DNA of 64,000 bases from an uncultured Micavibrio sp. GTDB taxonomy: Bacteria; Pseudomonadota; Alphaproteobacteria; Micavibrionales; Micavibrionaceae. The notes under the pieces were generated by a model, which saw only the letters and a program-made list of their open reading frames with translations, was not told where the DNA came from and did no database searches. Shown here piece after piece: positions 1 through 7,944 of the stretch. The stretch lies in contig CAYGSJ010000005.1 of NCBI GenBank assembly GCA_964352665.1, positions 141 through 64,140 on the forward strand, in the 5' to 3' direction. A program made the position numbers and the translations under genes. Position 1 is the stretch's first letter; every line of letters begins with the position of its first letter.

Positions 1-343
1 AGCATTGATTTTATTGAATAGTGGGTGGTATCCTCACTCAATGTCATAATAAAATTTGCCGCGTTTTTTGTAGAAATATTCGTCTTTTTAGAGACCCAAA
101 CTGTCACCCAGAGACAGAGATAAAAGCGACTAAAACCTGCGTAGTCTTAGCATTCACGGGTTGCATATCATGAATTCCAGCACCCAAGCGGTACAATAAA
201 CGCCGAAACCGCCCCGCAAGCTATTGATAACGCTCAATCGCTGAGGGTACCACTCCGCAGAGACTGGAGACTATGGTCTTCTATGTTCTTGATTTATCCC
301 AATATATCGGCTTTACTATTTTCACAATTATTAAGGCCTCATC

Positions 344-1399
344 ATGATAAAAATTTCTAAACTTCACTTAGCCATATTGATTGTAGGCCTCTTTTTTATT
401 GTTGCGTCTGCCGTCTTATCGATAGGCACTGTTAGTGCATTCACAGCAACGGCATTGCTTGGAATTATCATGTTAAAATTGATTATTTCATCACTTGTTT
501 TGGGGTGTATAGCATTACTCATTGCCGCTTTAAAAAAGAAACCGAAACAATTATGGTTCCCAATATTCGTCTGGCTATTATTTATAGTAGGGTTATTAGA
601 TTTCAGTGCCAGCGCATACAATTACTATATTTTGAAGCCAAAACTGAATACCACAATTTCTGAACTCATAGAGAGTGGTGAGTTGCGTAATAAAAAAGAC
701 GCGCCTAAAGATCTTTTTGCCGAAAACCCAGACATTCTTTATAAAATGGCCAATCAATATATGAGGGGTGATGGCGTTCCTCAAAACCATGATAAATCAC
801 TCGAATATTTAACTGAAGCGGCTGAAAACGGTCATGCAGAAGCTCAATTTAATTTAGGGGCAATGTATATTAATGGCGTTGGTTTTTCTCAAGATTTAGA
901 AAAAGGTATTTCGTGGCTTCGTAAGGCTAAAGAAAATGGAAGCAGTGGGGCCGCTGATTTGCTGACTACCGTTGAGTTTTCAAAAGTACAAGCAACAGCA
1001 TGTTACCATGAAGATGAATTATTAGCAGAAATTTTGAATAACTTTCTATTTGGTCAGAATGATACAGCAATAAAATGTGATCAGATTTTAGAAACAAATT
1101 CTTACTCAGATTTAAGTATGTCTATTTCAAAAATGCATAAAGAGCAGATAGCAGAATTCGGCAAACCTTTGACTAAATTTTCTGAGCGTAATGGTTTGGA
1201 TCCTGTGGACTTTCTTATACTTAAACAAATGCAGATAGCAGAAAGTTTAAAAAGTTACAGCCCAAGTCAAGAAGAATGCGAGCAGTTTTTGGGTGAGTTG
1301 GATAAACGTAAAGATTGGACACGTATAAGGCAGTCTATTTTGGCGTCATATGTAATATTGAGCGAAGACTATAAAATATGTGAGAAAATTATTCCATAA
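344..1399 (+). CDS. Membrane-anchored Sel1-like repeat (SLR) protein
   Basis: 351-aa ORF. N-terminal hydrophobic helices (ILIVGLFFIVASAVL, LVLGCIALLIAAL, FPIFVWLLFIVGLL) are followed by Sel1-type repeats (ANQYMRGDGVPQNHDKSLEYLTEAAENGHAEAQFNLGAMYINGVGFSQDLEKGISWLRKAKENG). Called from motif recall. Confidence 0.75.
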   Translation: MIKISKLHLAILIVGLFFIVASAVLSIGTVSAFTATALLGIIMLKLIISSLVLGCIALLIAALKKKPKQLWFPIFVWLLFIVGLLDFSASAYNYYILKPKLNTTISELIESGELRNKKDAPKDLFAENPDILYKMANQYMRGDGVPQNHDKSLEYLTEAAENGHAEAQFNLGAMYINGVGFSQDLEKGISWLRKAKENGSSGAADLLTTVEFSKVQATACYHEDELLAEILNNFLFGQNDTAIKCDQILETNSYSDLSMSISKMHKEQIAEFGKPLTKFSERNGLDPVDFLILKQMQIAESLKSYSPSQEECEQFLGELDKRKDWTRIRQSILASYVILSEDYKICEKIIP

Positions 1400-1517
1400 C
1401 CGCATAAATGCTAGAGTTACAGTTTTCATCTGTGCGATGATTTAATAATAAAAACAATGCTTTGCAGCGAGAAAAAGTTTTATTTTGTTCGGGCTGCACA
1501 GCCATTTATTTCTCCTT

Positions 1518-3371
1518 CTAAACCTGCTTTTGACACCAAAAATCATACATGGTTTTGAAAGTATCGGGGTTGTTTTTTTCATACATACCCCAGTTTTTCA
1601 AGTTCTGAAGAGCTTTATCCTTTGGAAAATTTTTGCGATAATCAGAGATAATTTCTTCGGATACTATAAATTTTAAAAATGTAAGGCCAAGATCATTCAG
1701 GATTTGTTCAATTTGATGGATTGTGAACCTTGATTCCTGAACATGAAAAATCAAATCCTTACATTCGGCGATTGAATAGAAATCCCGACGTTTTGTTATC
1801 GTTTTATAATGTTTTACACTGAGGTGCTGTGCACATATTTCTCTATATCCGCGCATTTCTGCCGAAGTAAAACGCTCATTCTGCCTATTGATTGCTGTGC
1901 GAGCTTCAACGATGTCCTGTCTGGCCAACTCGCTGTAAAGAGCGATGTGCATATAACCACCGGGCTTTAACTTATCTGTCAGAATAGACCATCCTTTAAG
2001 AGGGTCATGCATATGATGTAAAACGCCGGAGGATGTTATAAGATCAAATGTTGACTCAAGTGGTTCAAGCTCTAGAATATCGCCTTGCTTAAATGCAACG
2101 TTGGTTATACCAAACTTTTTTGCTTTGCGTATAGCGTATGAAAGACTGGATAAACTGAGATCAATCGCAACAATTTTTGAATCCGGTAAGGATAAAGCTA
2201 GCTCGAGCGCTTCTCTTCCTGTTCCGCATCCCGCAACGAGAATATGGCCTGTTTTCATATCCCTTTCTTTGAATAATTCCGCATAATATGTGTTTCTGGA
2301 AAGACCTTTCCACAAGGGATAAGGAAATTCCTCGTATTGTGCCTGTACGCTCTGAGATGTTTTTTCATGAATGCCTGTTAACGGCACTATTGTTTCTCGA
2401 ATTTTCAATTCTTCGAGAGGGTTTGTGATATGTGTTTCGACAAAATAAGGATAATCGTTGAGTGCGTCTCTAATTTTTTCTACATTTTCGTAGCAATAAA
2501 GCGGTTTGTAACATCCCAGAAGCATGATCGAAACCGGATCAAGAGTAGTTTTCGAAGCGGTAGTTATATTTTTTTCAAGAACACTCACCAGTTTTTCTTC
2601 GCTTTCATCTAGTGAAAATATATAGCCGGTATGAAAACTATAATCTGCCAGAGCAATCAAAATTTTGTTAAATGAGGTGTCTTCAAGAAAAATACGCCTC
2701 AAATAGGTTAGAAATTTTTCAAAAGCCAAAGAGGGAACCACGAATCTTTTAAGACCCAGAATAAAAATCGGGTCAGAAAATATGTTTCGATTTGAAAGAC
2801 CATAAAGTGCTTTTTTAAATGCCTTAAAATTTTTTTTCCGACCGGGTCTGTACAAAGTTCTGAAATCAGGATCCAGATTTAAAAGTAAAAGCCATGCTGT
2901 TATAAGAGGAGAATGGTCTAGGCTGTCATCTTTTAAGCAGGTTAAAAAAACAGGCTTTATATCAAAATCACGATTTAAAAATATAAGAGTAACTAAATTA
3001 AAAAAGCTGAGACTTCTGAATATTGTAATGAAGTCTTCTTTATATCCCCTTTCATCAGGCGCGGTATGAATGGCCAAGGCACAATATTTAACGGCGTTTA
3101 TTTTTTGTCCCGTATCAAACATAACCCGCGTAAGGTTAATATAAGCCGGATGATAGTTAGGATTTGTTCTGGCCGAGGATTTATAGAGTGCGATAGCGTG
3201 TTTGGTATTACCACTCATAAATTTTATGCTAGCCAAATTATGGTATGCCTCTGGGCTTGCTTCCAGTTCAAGAGATTTTAATAAGCACTCTTGCGCGGGG
3301 TCGAATTTTTGCTCCTTGATATATTCCAAGGCGTCGTCATAAAATTTTTTTGCCTGCGCATTACCCATCAA
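1518..3371 (-). CDS. TPR-repeat protein fused to a class I SAM-dependent methyltransferase
   Basis: 617-aa ORF. N-terminal TPR-like helices (LLKSLELEASPEAYHNLASIKFMSGNTKHAIALYKSSARTNPNYHPAYINL). C-terminal Rossmann methyltransferase motifs (ILVAGCGTGREALELA, KIVAIDLS, FDLITSSGVLHHM). Confidence 0.75.
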   Translation of the reverse strand: MMGNAQAKKFYDDALEYIKEQKFDPAQECLLKSLELEASPEAYHNLASIKFMSGNTKHAIALYKSSARTNPNYHPAYINLTRVMFDTGQKINAVKYCALAIHTAPDERGYKEDFITIFRSLSFFNLVTLIFLNRDFDIKPVFLTCLKDDSLDHSPLITAWLLLLNLDPDFRTLYRPGRKKNFKAFKKALYGLSNRNIFSDPIFILGLKRFVVPSLAFEKFLTYLRRIFLEDTSFNKILIALADYSFHTGYIFSLDESEEKLVSVLEKNITTASKTTLDPVSIMLLGCYKPLYCYENVEKIRDALNDYPYFVETHITNPLEELKIRETIVPLTGIHEKTSQSVQAQYEEFPYPLWKGLSRNTYYAELFKERDMKTGHILVAGCGTGREALELALSLPDSKIVAIDLSLSSLSYAIRKAKKFGITNVAFKQGDILELEPLESTFDLITSSGVLHHMHDPLKGWSILTDKLKPGGYMHIALYSELARQDIVEARTAINRQNERFTSAEMRGYREICAQHLSVKHYKTITKRRDFYSIAECKDLIFHVQESRFTIHQIEQILNDLGLTFLKFIVSEEIISDYRKNFPKDKALQNLKNWGMYEKNNPDTFKTMYDFWCQKQV

Positions 3372-3455
3372 AATTCCTTATTTTTTAGTGAAACGAGAGT
3401 ACCCTGATCAAGGACGTTCTTAAAGGTGAAATTTATGAAGGGGGGATTAGTAATT

Positions 3456-4556
3456 CTAAACCTGTTTTTTACGAACAGACCAAATAAAGCTGTCATACCA
3501 AAAATGGAGCAGGGCGACGGCAAGAATTATGCTATAGAATACTTGAGTTTCTCCGTTATAAACAGTTGCCCAGTACCCGTAGCCAAAGGCGACCATTACA
3601 AAGATAGCCAAACTTAAAAAACGTCCGTTTCTAAAGTTCGATAAGCCGAATAATCCAGTGATATTCTTTTTCTCGAACGCCCAGACGATTGCAAAATATT
3701 GCCATGCGTGGAAAAAATTCATAGTGAAGTAGGCTTCGCCGAAGGAATTGAATCCCCAGCAAAATATAGAAATAGTGGCGGTACCAGCCAGCAATACAGT
3801 CTTTTGAACAGAAAAAGCGTAGCCTTGCTTGTATAATTTCCAATAGGTGTAGATATAATAAAGGATAAAGGGGATACCTATCCCGAGGATCAAAAGGGTA
3901 AGGTCATTTTTATGGTTGAAAACGTAATTGGGAAAGTCACGGCCCAGACCTTTAAATCCAATAGTGCGAAACGCATTAAATGTGTAGATGTGGAAGACGA
4001 GGCTGGCGCCGGCAAGGATAGGGCCGGCATAAATAATCAGATTTAAAAAGTAATCGAGGCGCCGACCAATATCCGGATTATTGCCTTTGCGCATATCGTA
4101 AATCCGGCCAAGCCCGAAAGTTTGCATACTTGAATGATAGACATCCCACCACGCAGCAAGAACAGAGCAAAAAACGGTTATCCATAAGGAATAGGCCATA
4201 GATGCAATTAATACGATAGGCACAGCAATAAAACGTATGGGATGCAGCGCAAAAATTTCAGGATTACCGTGGCTGCGGAAAAACACAATAAACAAATGTG
4301 AGGCAATGAAACTGCCAATAAACAAATCAAAAATACTGTAGGTTTGTTCGGCATCTACATCAACAGAGATATCTCCGACGCCTGTCCATAAAAAAATTAG
4401 TGCCACGATCAGGCCGATGAAAGGGGCACCGATAAACCATATTGAATCATATGCTTTTCCAACTATGAAGCCGTTATTTGTGACCTTACCGCTATTCAGG
4501 ATAAGGGCCTCTGGTCCATGGCTATGTGCGTGTTCTCTTGAGATTTTTGTGCGCAT
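3456..4556 (-). CDS. Polytopic inner-membrane protein, family not recognised
   Basis: 366-aa ORF with about 9 hydrophobic helices and intramembrane His/Trp/Asp motifs (WWDVYHSSMQTFG, FFHAWQYF, LLHFWYDSFIW). Its first ~29 codons plus ~55 bp upstream are duplicated at 7675..7802. Confidence 0.65.
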   Translation of the reverse strand: MRTKISREHAHSHGPEALILNSGKVTNNGFIVGKAYDSIWFIGAPFIGLIVALIFLWTGVGDISVDVDAEQTYSIFDLFIGSFIASHLFIVFFRSHGNPEIFALHPIRFIAVPIVLIASMAYSLWITVFCSVLAAWWDVYHSSMQTFGLGRIYDMRKGNNPDIGRRLDYFLNLIIYAGPILAGASLVFHIYTFNAFRTIGFKGLGRDFPNYVFNHKNDLTLLILGIGIPFILYYIYTYWKLYKQGYAFSVQKTVLLAGTATISIFCWGFNSFGEAYFTMNFFHAWQYFAIVWAFEKKNITGLFGLSNFRNGRFLSLAIFVMVAFGYGYWATVYNGETQVFYSIILAVALLHFWYDSFIWSVRKKQV

Positions 4557-4608
4557 ACACTGATCTTGATAAAAAGATGAACTTTGTCTTTAAAGGGTAA
4601 TATGAAGT
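4471..4608 (-). repeat. Repeat A: 5' coding end and upstream leader of the 3456..4556 gene (copy 1)
   Basis: Hand alignment with 7675..7802 in the same orientation. The first 56 nt (ccgttatttgt...catggctatg) match at 52 of 56 positions. The remainder is more diverged and has small indels. Confidence 0.85.
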
Positions 4609-4633
4609 GATGCGGAAGTCAAAACCCTCCCCC

Positions 4634-4666
4634 AAAAAAGCCTCGAGAAAATTTCTTTCCCGAAGC
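4634..4666 (-). terminator. Rho-independent terminator downstream of the 4698..5816 gene
   Basis: Minus strand reads gcttcg-(loop)-cgaggc followed by tttttt. The 6-bp stem has one G-U pair and sits 32 nt after the stop codon. Confidence 0.5.
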
Positions 4667-4697
4667 TTTTAAAAAAGATTTATTCCAATTATGTGGT

Positions 4698-5816
4698 TTA
4701 CGGCGTTGGCGCGCTTACCGGACATGGGTTCTTTGGCATATAATGCGGATCATACTCCTGACAGTCATACGGATAGTCCACGCAAGTTTTACAAACTTCG
4801 TATTGGTAATTACTATCTTCTACGTTGCAATGAGGGGATGCAGAGAGCCCAGCCTCTAGGCATAATTCATGTGTGAGAGGGCTCGGAGGAACATCTTCAA
4901 ACATATAAGCCTGCATTTCCGCTTTAAATATTTTTTCGCAATGATCTTTCTCTGATTCACCGGAGGGTGTCCCAAGTCCAGGGGGTTCGGAATCTTGCTT
5001 TTTATGAATTGATTCATGGCGCATGGTTTCGTCGATATCTCCCGTAGTCGTTTGATCATGGACGCAAATAGTGATTGATTTTTCTTTGGGACTATAACTT
5101 CCCTTAAGGTCTTCCGGACAATTTTTAGAACAGGAAATTTTATTCTTCTTACCGGTTCTTTCCTGATTCACCTCTCCGTCATGCCCGACACAGTCATTGA
5201 AAGCATCATTGCCCGGAGCATTCAAAAAATCATTTACGGCATTTTCACAGTCTTTTTTACTCATCCCGCTGCCGGTTGTTAGAAAAAAATCAGGACTATC
5301 CGCCATACTAGGTGAACTCATTCCGCCAATCTTGGAGTAATCTTGCCCCCCTAAATAAATAAGATCATCCGGATTGTATATCTGTGGCAACAGCAATGTA
5401 AGGCGGGGGTCATTCAGCTTTAAATCGTCGAAGAGATGGTAAACATATTTACCGCTGCTGCGGCTTAAAGTAAAAGGATCAATAACACGTGCGGCGCCGT
5501 TGTGGTCTATATGATTAAATGTAAAATTCTGGTTATATTGCTGAACCAGAGTGATAAGTTCCGATTGTGTCAGATCGTCTTGATCATCGTTGAAAATAAC
5601 CTGATAGTCGGTTCCTATATCCTCGTCACATTCCATTAAAAATCTAAATTTCAATACTCCGGGGGTCATTGTATGTTTCTTTACAAAAATGACGGTTTCA
5701 CAACCGATTTCGGCCATCATTTGTGCTTGCGCAAAAGAGGCTTGCGGGACCATAAAAATTAACGCAAAGAACGCAAAAACAAACATTTTTACGTAATAAA
5801 GTGATGGTTTGGACAT
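4698..5816 (-). CDS. Secreted Cys-rich protein with an HExxH (zincin-like) motif
   Basis: 372-aa ORF. Signal-peptide-like N-terminus (MFVFAFFALIFMVPQASFAQA). HESIH lies at 5004..5018 within DETMRHESIHKKQ. Many Cys residues in the C-terminal third (HCEKIF, HELCLEAG, SPHCNVED, VCKTCVDYPYDCQEY). No family recognised. Confidence 0.6.
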   Translation of the reverse strand: MSKPSLYYVKMFVFAFFALIFMVPQASFAQAQMMAEIGCETVIFVKKHTMTPGVLKFRFLMECDEDIGTDYQVIFNDDQDDLTQSELITLVQQYNQNFTFNHIDHNGAARVIDPFTLSRSSGKYVYHLFDDLKLNDPRLTLLLPQIYNPDDLIYLGGQDYSKIGGMSSPSMADSPDFFLTTGSGMSKKDCENAVNDFLNAPGNDAFNDCVGHDGEVNQERTGKKNKISCSKNCPEDLKGSYSPKEKSITICVHDQTTTGDIDETMRHESIHKKQDSEPPGLGTPSGESEKDHCEKIFKAEMQAYMFEDVPPSPLTHELCLEAGLSASPHCNVEDSNYQYEVCKTCVDYPYDCQEYDPHYMPKNPCPVSAPTP

Positions 5817-5895
5817 ATGATTTCCCCCATAAGTTATTAAACTCTAGTCGCAGTTAATATAGCACCTAAACATTAATAAAAACAAAAACAATAAG

Positions 5896-7392
5896 TTAAA
5901 GACCTATTTGTGACCAGTGGATAACAGTGTCAGCCGCAGAGCTGGATACAATGCGCCAGGTGCTTCCTATAGGAACCAAAAAAGATAAAGCCGATTGCCC
6001 TTGTGTTGTTATTCCCGGAATAAACTCGGCGGAAGCCTCGCCTATTTTCTTATTATCAATATAACCGGTGATTTTGTTCTGGATCGTGCTGCCCGATACA
6101 GAAATAGTTGCCGTGACTATACCTGAGCTTTCTGCGGTATGCGTTGTTCCTGAAGACATTAATTGGGGAGTTTGAAAAGATGCTTGCGTCACGATACCGG
6201 TCCACTCATCTCCGTTACAAAACTCCAGAACTTTTAGAGCTGTGTTAAAACGCAAAGCGCCTCCCCCTAGGGAGGAGCATTCCTGACCGGTAGAACCGAC
6301 TTTGATTTCTCCTTCAACATGCAGCTTGGCTTCAGGGCTGCTTGTTCCAATTCCAATACGACCATCGGCAATAATGTTGTATTCGGAGTGAATGGAATCA
6401 ATAGATCTGATCTGTCCATCAACAACAATTCTGTCTTCCTTTTTGAATTTTATATTTGATATGTTAGCCCCGACCCAGACTTTCCCGGGGTTTGTGTTGT
6501 GTATATTATTGCCGTCTAGTCCTTCGCTTGACCACCAGTCCTCCTGCGCGTCCAGAGAATAGGTAGTGTATATTGTGTAGTCATCGTAATAATAATCGTT
6601 ATCACCTTTTGAAAATCCGGATTGTGTTCGGAAAACCGCTTTACCAGCCTCGTTTTTATCTGCCGTAATTTGCCAGTTACAGTTCACGGCATCGCCTAGA
6701 AAAGTATTGCGGCAGGGCGTTATTCTTCGCCCTTCTATACTTATGCCGCCGCGGCCATCTTCACCTGCTCCGTATATAAAGAATTGCGCTGTTTGTGTTA
6801 TTGTACCGCCACCCTCATTGAGAATAGTAATGGTACCTGGCTTTCTATTTTTTCCCATCGCTGCGTAGTTGTTTTCAATCTGGCTATGCGATATGGCATA
6901 GATATATTTATTTCTGTGAACATCATAGGCATCGCTTTCCACTAGCCCCAATGTATGAACCGGCAAGGCACCAAGTACTACGAGATTAGATCCTGTCTTC
7001 TTAGCCAACTGTGTGCCTGACAAAATATGGAGCCCTTTTAGATCACCCAGATTTCTAAGTTCTTCGGCAGATATTGTGCCGTCTGCATTCGTGTCCAGAA
7101 GATCACATCTTTCAAAACCGAAATCAGGGTCACTTTTGGGAACATTAAGTAAAGCAGGACAAGGGAAGCGAACCACGTCGTTTTCTTTTTCGCTGTCACT
7201 TAGAATAAATTCAGAAATGGCTTGCTGGATGCGCTCAGTTTTTTTACGACTTTCATCGACCAACTGCCTCTCGAAAAAAATTTTCATAGAGCCTATGACC
7301 CCTGTCATAAGGAAGCCTATAATAACAAGTACAATAGAGACCTCGATAAGGGTAAAACCGTATTGCTTCTCTCTTTGATTTTTTTTATGCAT
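5896..7392 (-). CDS. Type IV prepilin-like protein with a large C-terminal domain (EF-hand loop; tail-fibre-like segment)
   Basis: Start moved to the ATG at 7392, giving the leader MHKKNQREKQYG followed by FTLIEVSIVLVIIGFL. This is the canonical prepilin peptidase site G/F with E at +5, located at 7341..7358. DTNADGTISAEE at 7060..7095 fits the 12-residue EF-hand loop. C-terminal IGIGTSSPEAKLHVEGEIKVG...LRFNTALKVLEFCNGDEWTGI resembles motifs seen in tail-fibre or adhesin-type proteins. Confidence 0.75.
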   Translation of the reverse strand: MHKKNQREKQYGFTLIEVSIVLVIIGFLMTGVIGSMKIFFERQLVDESRKKTERIQQAISEFILSDSEKENDVVRFPCPALLNVPKSDPDFGFERCDLLDTNADGTISAEELRNLGDLKGLHILSGTQLAKKTGSNLVVLGALPVHTLGLVESDAYDVHRNKYIYAISHSQIENNYAAMGKNRKPGTITILNEGGGTITQTAQFFIYGAGEDGRGGISIEGRRITPCRNTFLGDAVNCNWQITADKNEAGKAVFRTQSGFSKGDNDYYYDDYTIYTTYSLDAQEDWWSSEGLDGNNIHNTNPGKVWVGANISNIKFKKEDRIVVDGQIRSIDSIHSEYNIIADGRIGIGTSSPEAKLHVEGEIKVGSTGQECSSLGGGALRFNTALKVLEFCNGDEWTGIVTQASFQTPQLMSSGTTHTAESSGIVTATISVSGSTIQNKITGYIDNKKIGEASAEFIPGITTQGQSALSFLVPIGSTWRIVSSSAADTVIHWSQIGL

Positions 7393-7427
7393 GAAGATAA
7401 TTCCAATACGACACAAACTTATCTCGC

Positions 7428-7457
7428 ATTATATGATCTTAAATCATCAAAATACAA
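7428..7457 (-). promoter_or_regulatory. Candidate sigma70-type promoter for the prepilin gene
   Basis: Minus strand reads TTGTAT (7457..7452), an 18-nt spacer, then a perfect TATAAT (7433..7428). It lies ~35 nt upstream of the ATG at 7392. Confidence 0.4.
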
Positions 7458-7503
7458 TCTTAGGGCCAAAGAAATAAAAAGCTATTCTTACTTTATCCTT
7501 ACA

Positions 7504-7557
7504 TCGAGCGAATATTGTTCAAAAATCCGTCTATTTGTTTTTGTAGCCCTACTGATC
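7504..7557 (-). repeat. Repeat B: MCP-fragment segment (copy 1)
   Basis: 54 nt align without gaps to 11748..11801, with 47 of 54 positions identical by hand count. Shared core is cgtctatttgtttttgtagc. Confidence 0.85.
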
Positions 7558-7674
7558 GCCTCGGCTGTCGAACGGCTGACATCCTGAATATCTCCGGTTT
7601 GTGATCTGATTTCTTCTGTGGCCTTGGCTGTTTCAGATGCTAAAGCTTTCACCTTTGAGGCAACAACGGCAAAA

Positions 7675-7802
7675 CCGTTATTTGTAACCTTACCACTGTT
7701 CAGGATAAGGGCCTCTGGCCCATGGCTATGCTTTTTTTGAGGTTTGTGTGTACATAAATCTTGGTAAAACGATGAATTCTATGTTTAAGGGTAGTATGAA
7801 GT
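7675..7802 (-). repeat. Repeat A2: second copy of the 5' end and leader of the 3456..4556 gene
   Basis: See repeat A. The minus-strand leaders align: acttcatattaccctttaaagacaaagttcatc versus acttcatactacccttaaacatagaattcatc. Confidence 0.85.
7732..7738 (-). other. A7 homopolymer (T7 on the plus strand) at the frame break of the chimeric remnant
   Basis: Minus strand reads atg tac aca caa acc tca aaa aaa gca tag. Removing one A would give atg...tca aaa aag cat agc cat ggg, in frame with the rest of the chimeric ORF. Confidence 0.7.
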
Positions 7803-7944
7803 TTATATGATGTAAAAGGGCAGAAAACATATGCTTTTAAAAGAATAGGGATATAAATTTGACATAATAGATGAGGGCATGTCACCATAATTTAGAAGAA
7901 AATATTAAGTGATTTGGGTTTATTTGTTAAAAGGGAATTTTTCT

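Larger units (their letters stand above)
7488..7778 (-). pseudogene. Chimeric gene remnant: copy of the 5' end of the 3456..4556 gene fused to a methyl-accepting chemotaxis protein (MCP) signalling-domain fragment
   Basis: The minus-strand stop-to-stop frame reads ...HSHGPEALILNSGKVTNNGFAVVASKVKALASETAKATEEIRSQTGDIQDVSRSTAEAISRATKTNRRIFEQYSLDVRIK*. GFAVVAS.VK.LA..TAKATEEI is the conserved MCP signalling helix, and only ~60 aa of MCP remain. There is no in-frame ATG; the duplicated ATG at 7755 is one base out of frame. Confidence 0.6.

Noticed and set aside
7013-7587. Two 121-aa plus-strand ORFs overlapping the prepilin gene and its upstream region.
   Set aside because: They are antisense to a gene with a canonical prepilin signal, and they have no motifs. 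The second one runs through the promoter and MCP-remnant region in a non-homologous frame.
7732-7755. Programmed ribosomal frameshifting at the tca aaa aaa g site of the chimeric remnant.
   Set aside because: The frame change required is +1 rather than the -1 typical of A AAA AAG sites. I see no stimulatory structure, and the product would be a truncated MCP fragment. Pseudogene decay is the simpler reading, so the tract is reported only as an observation.
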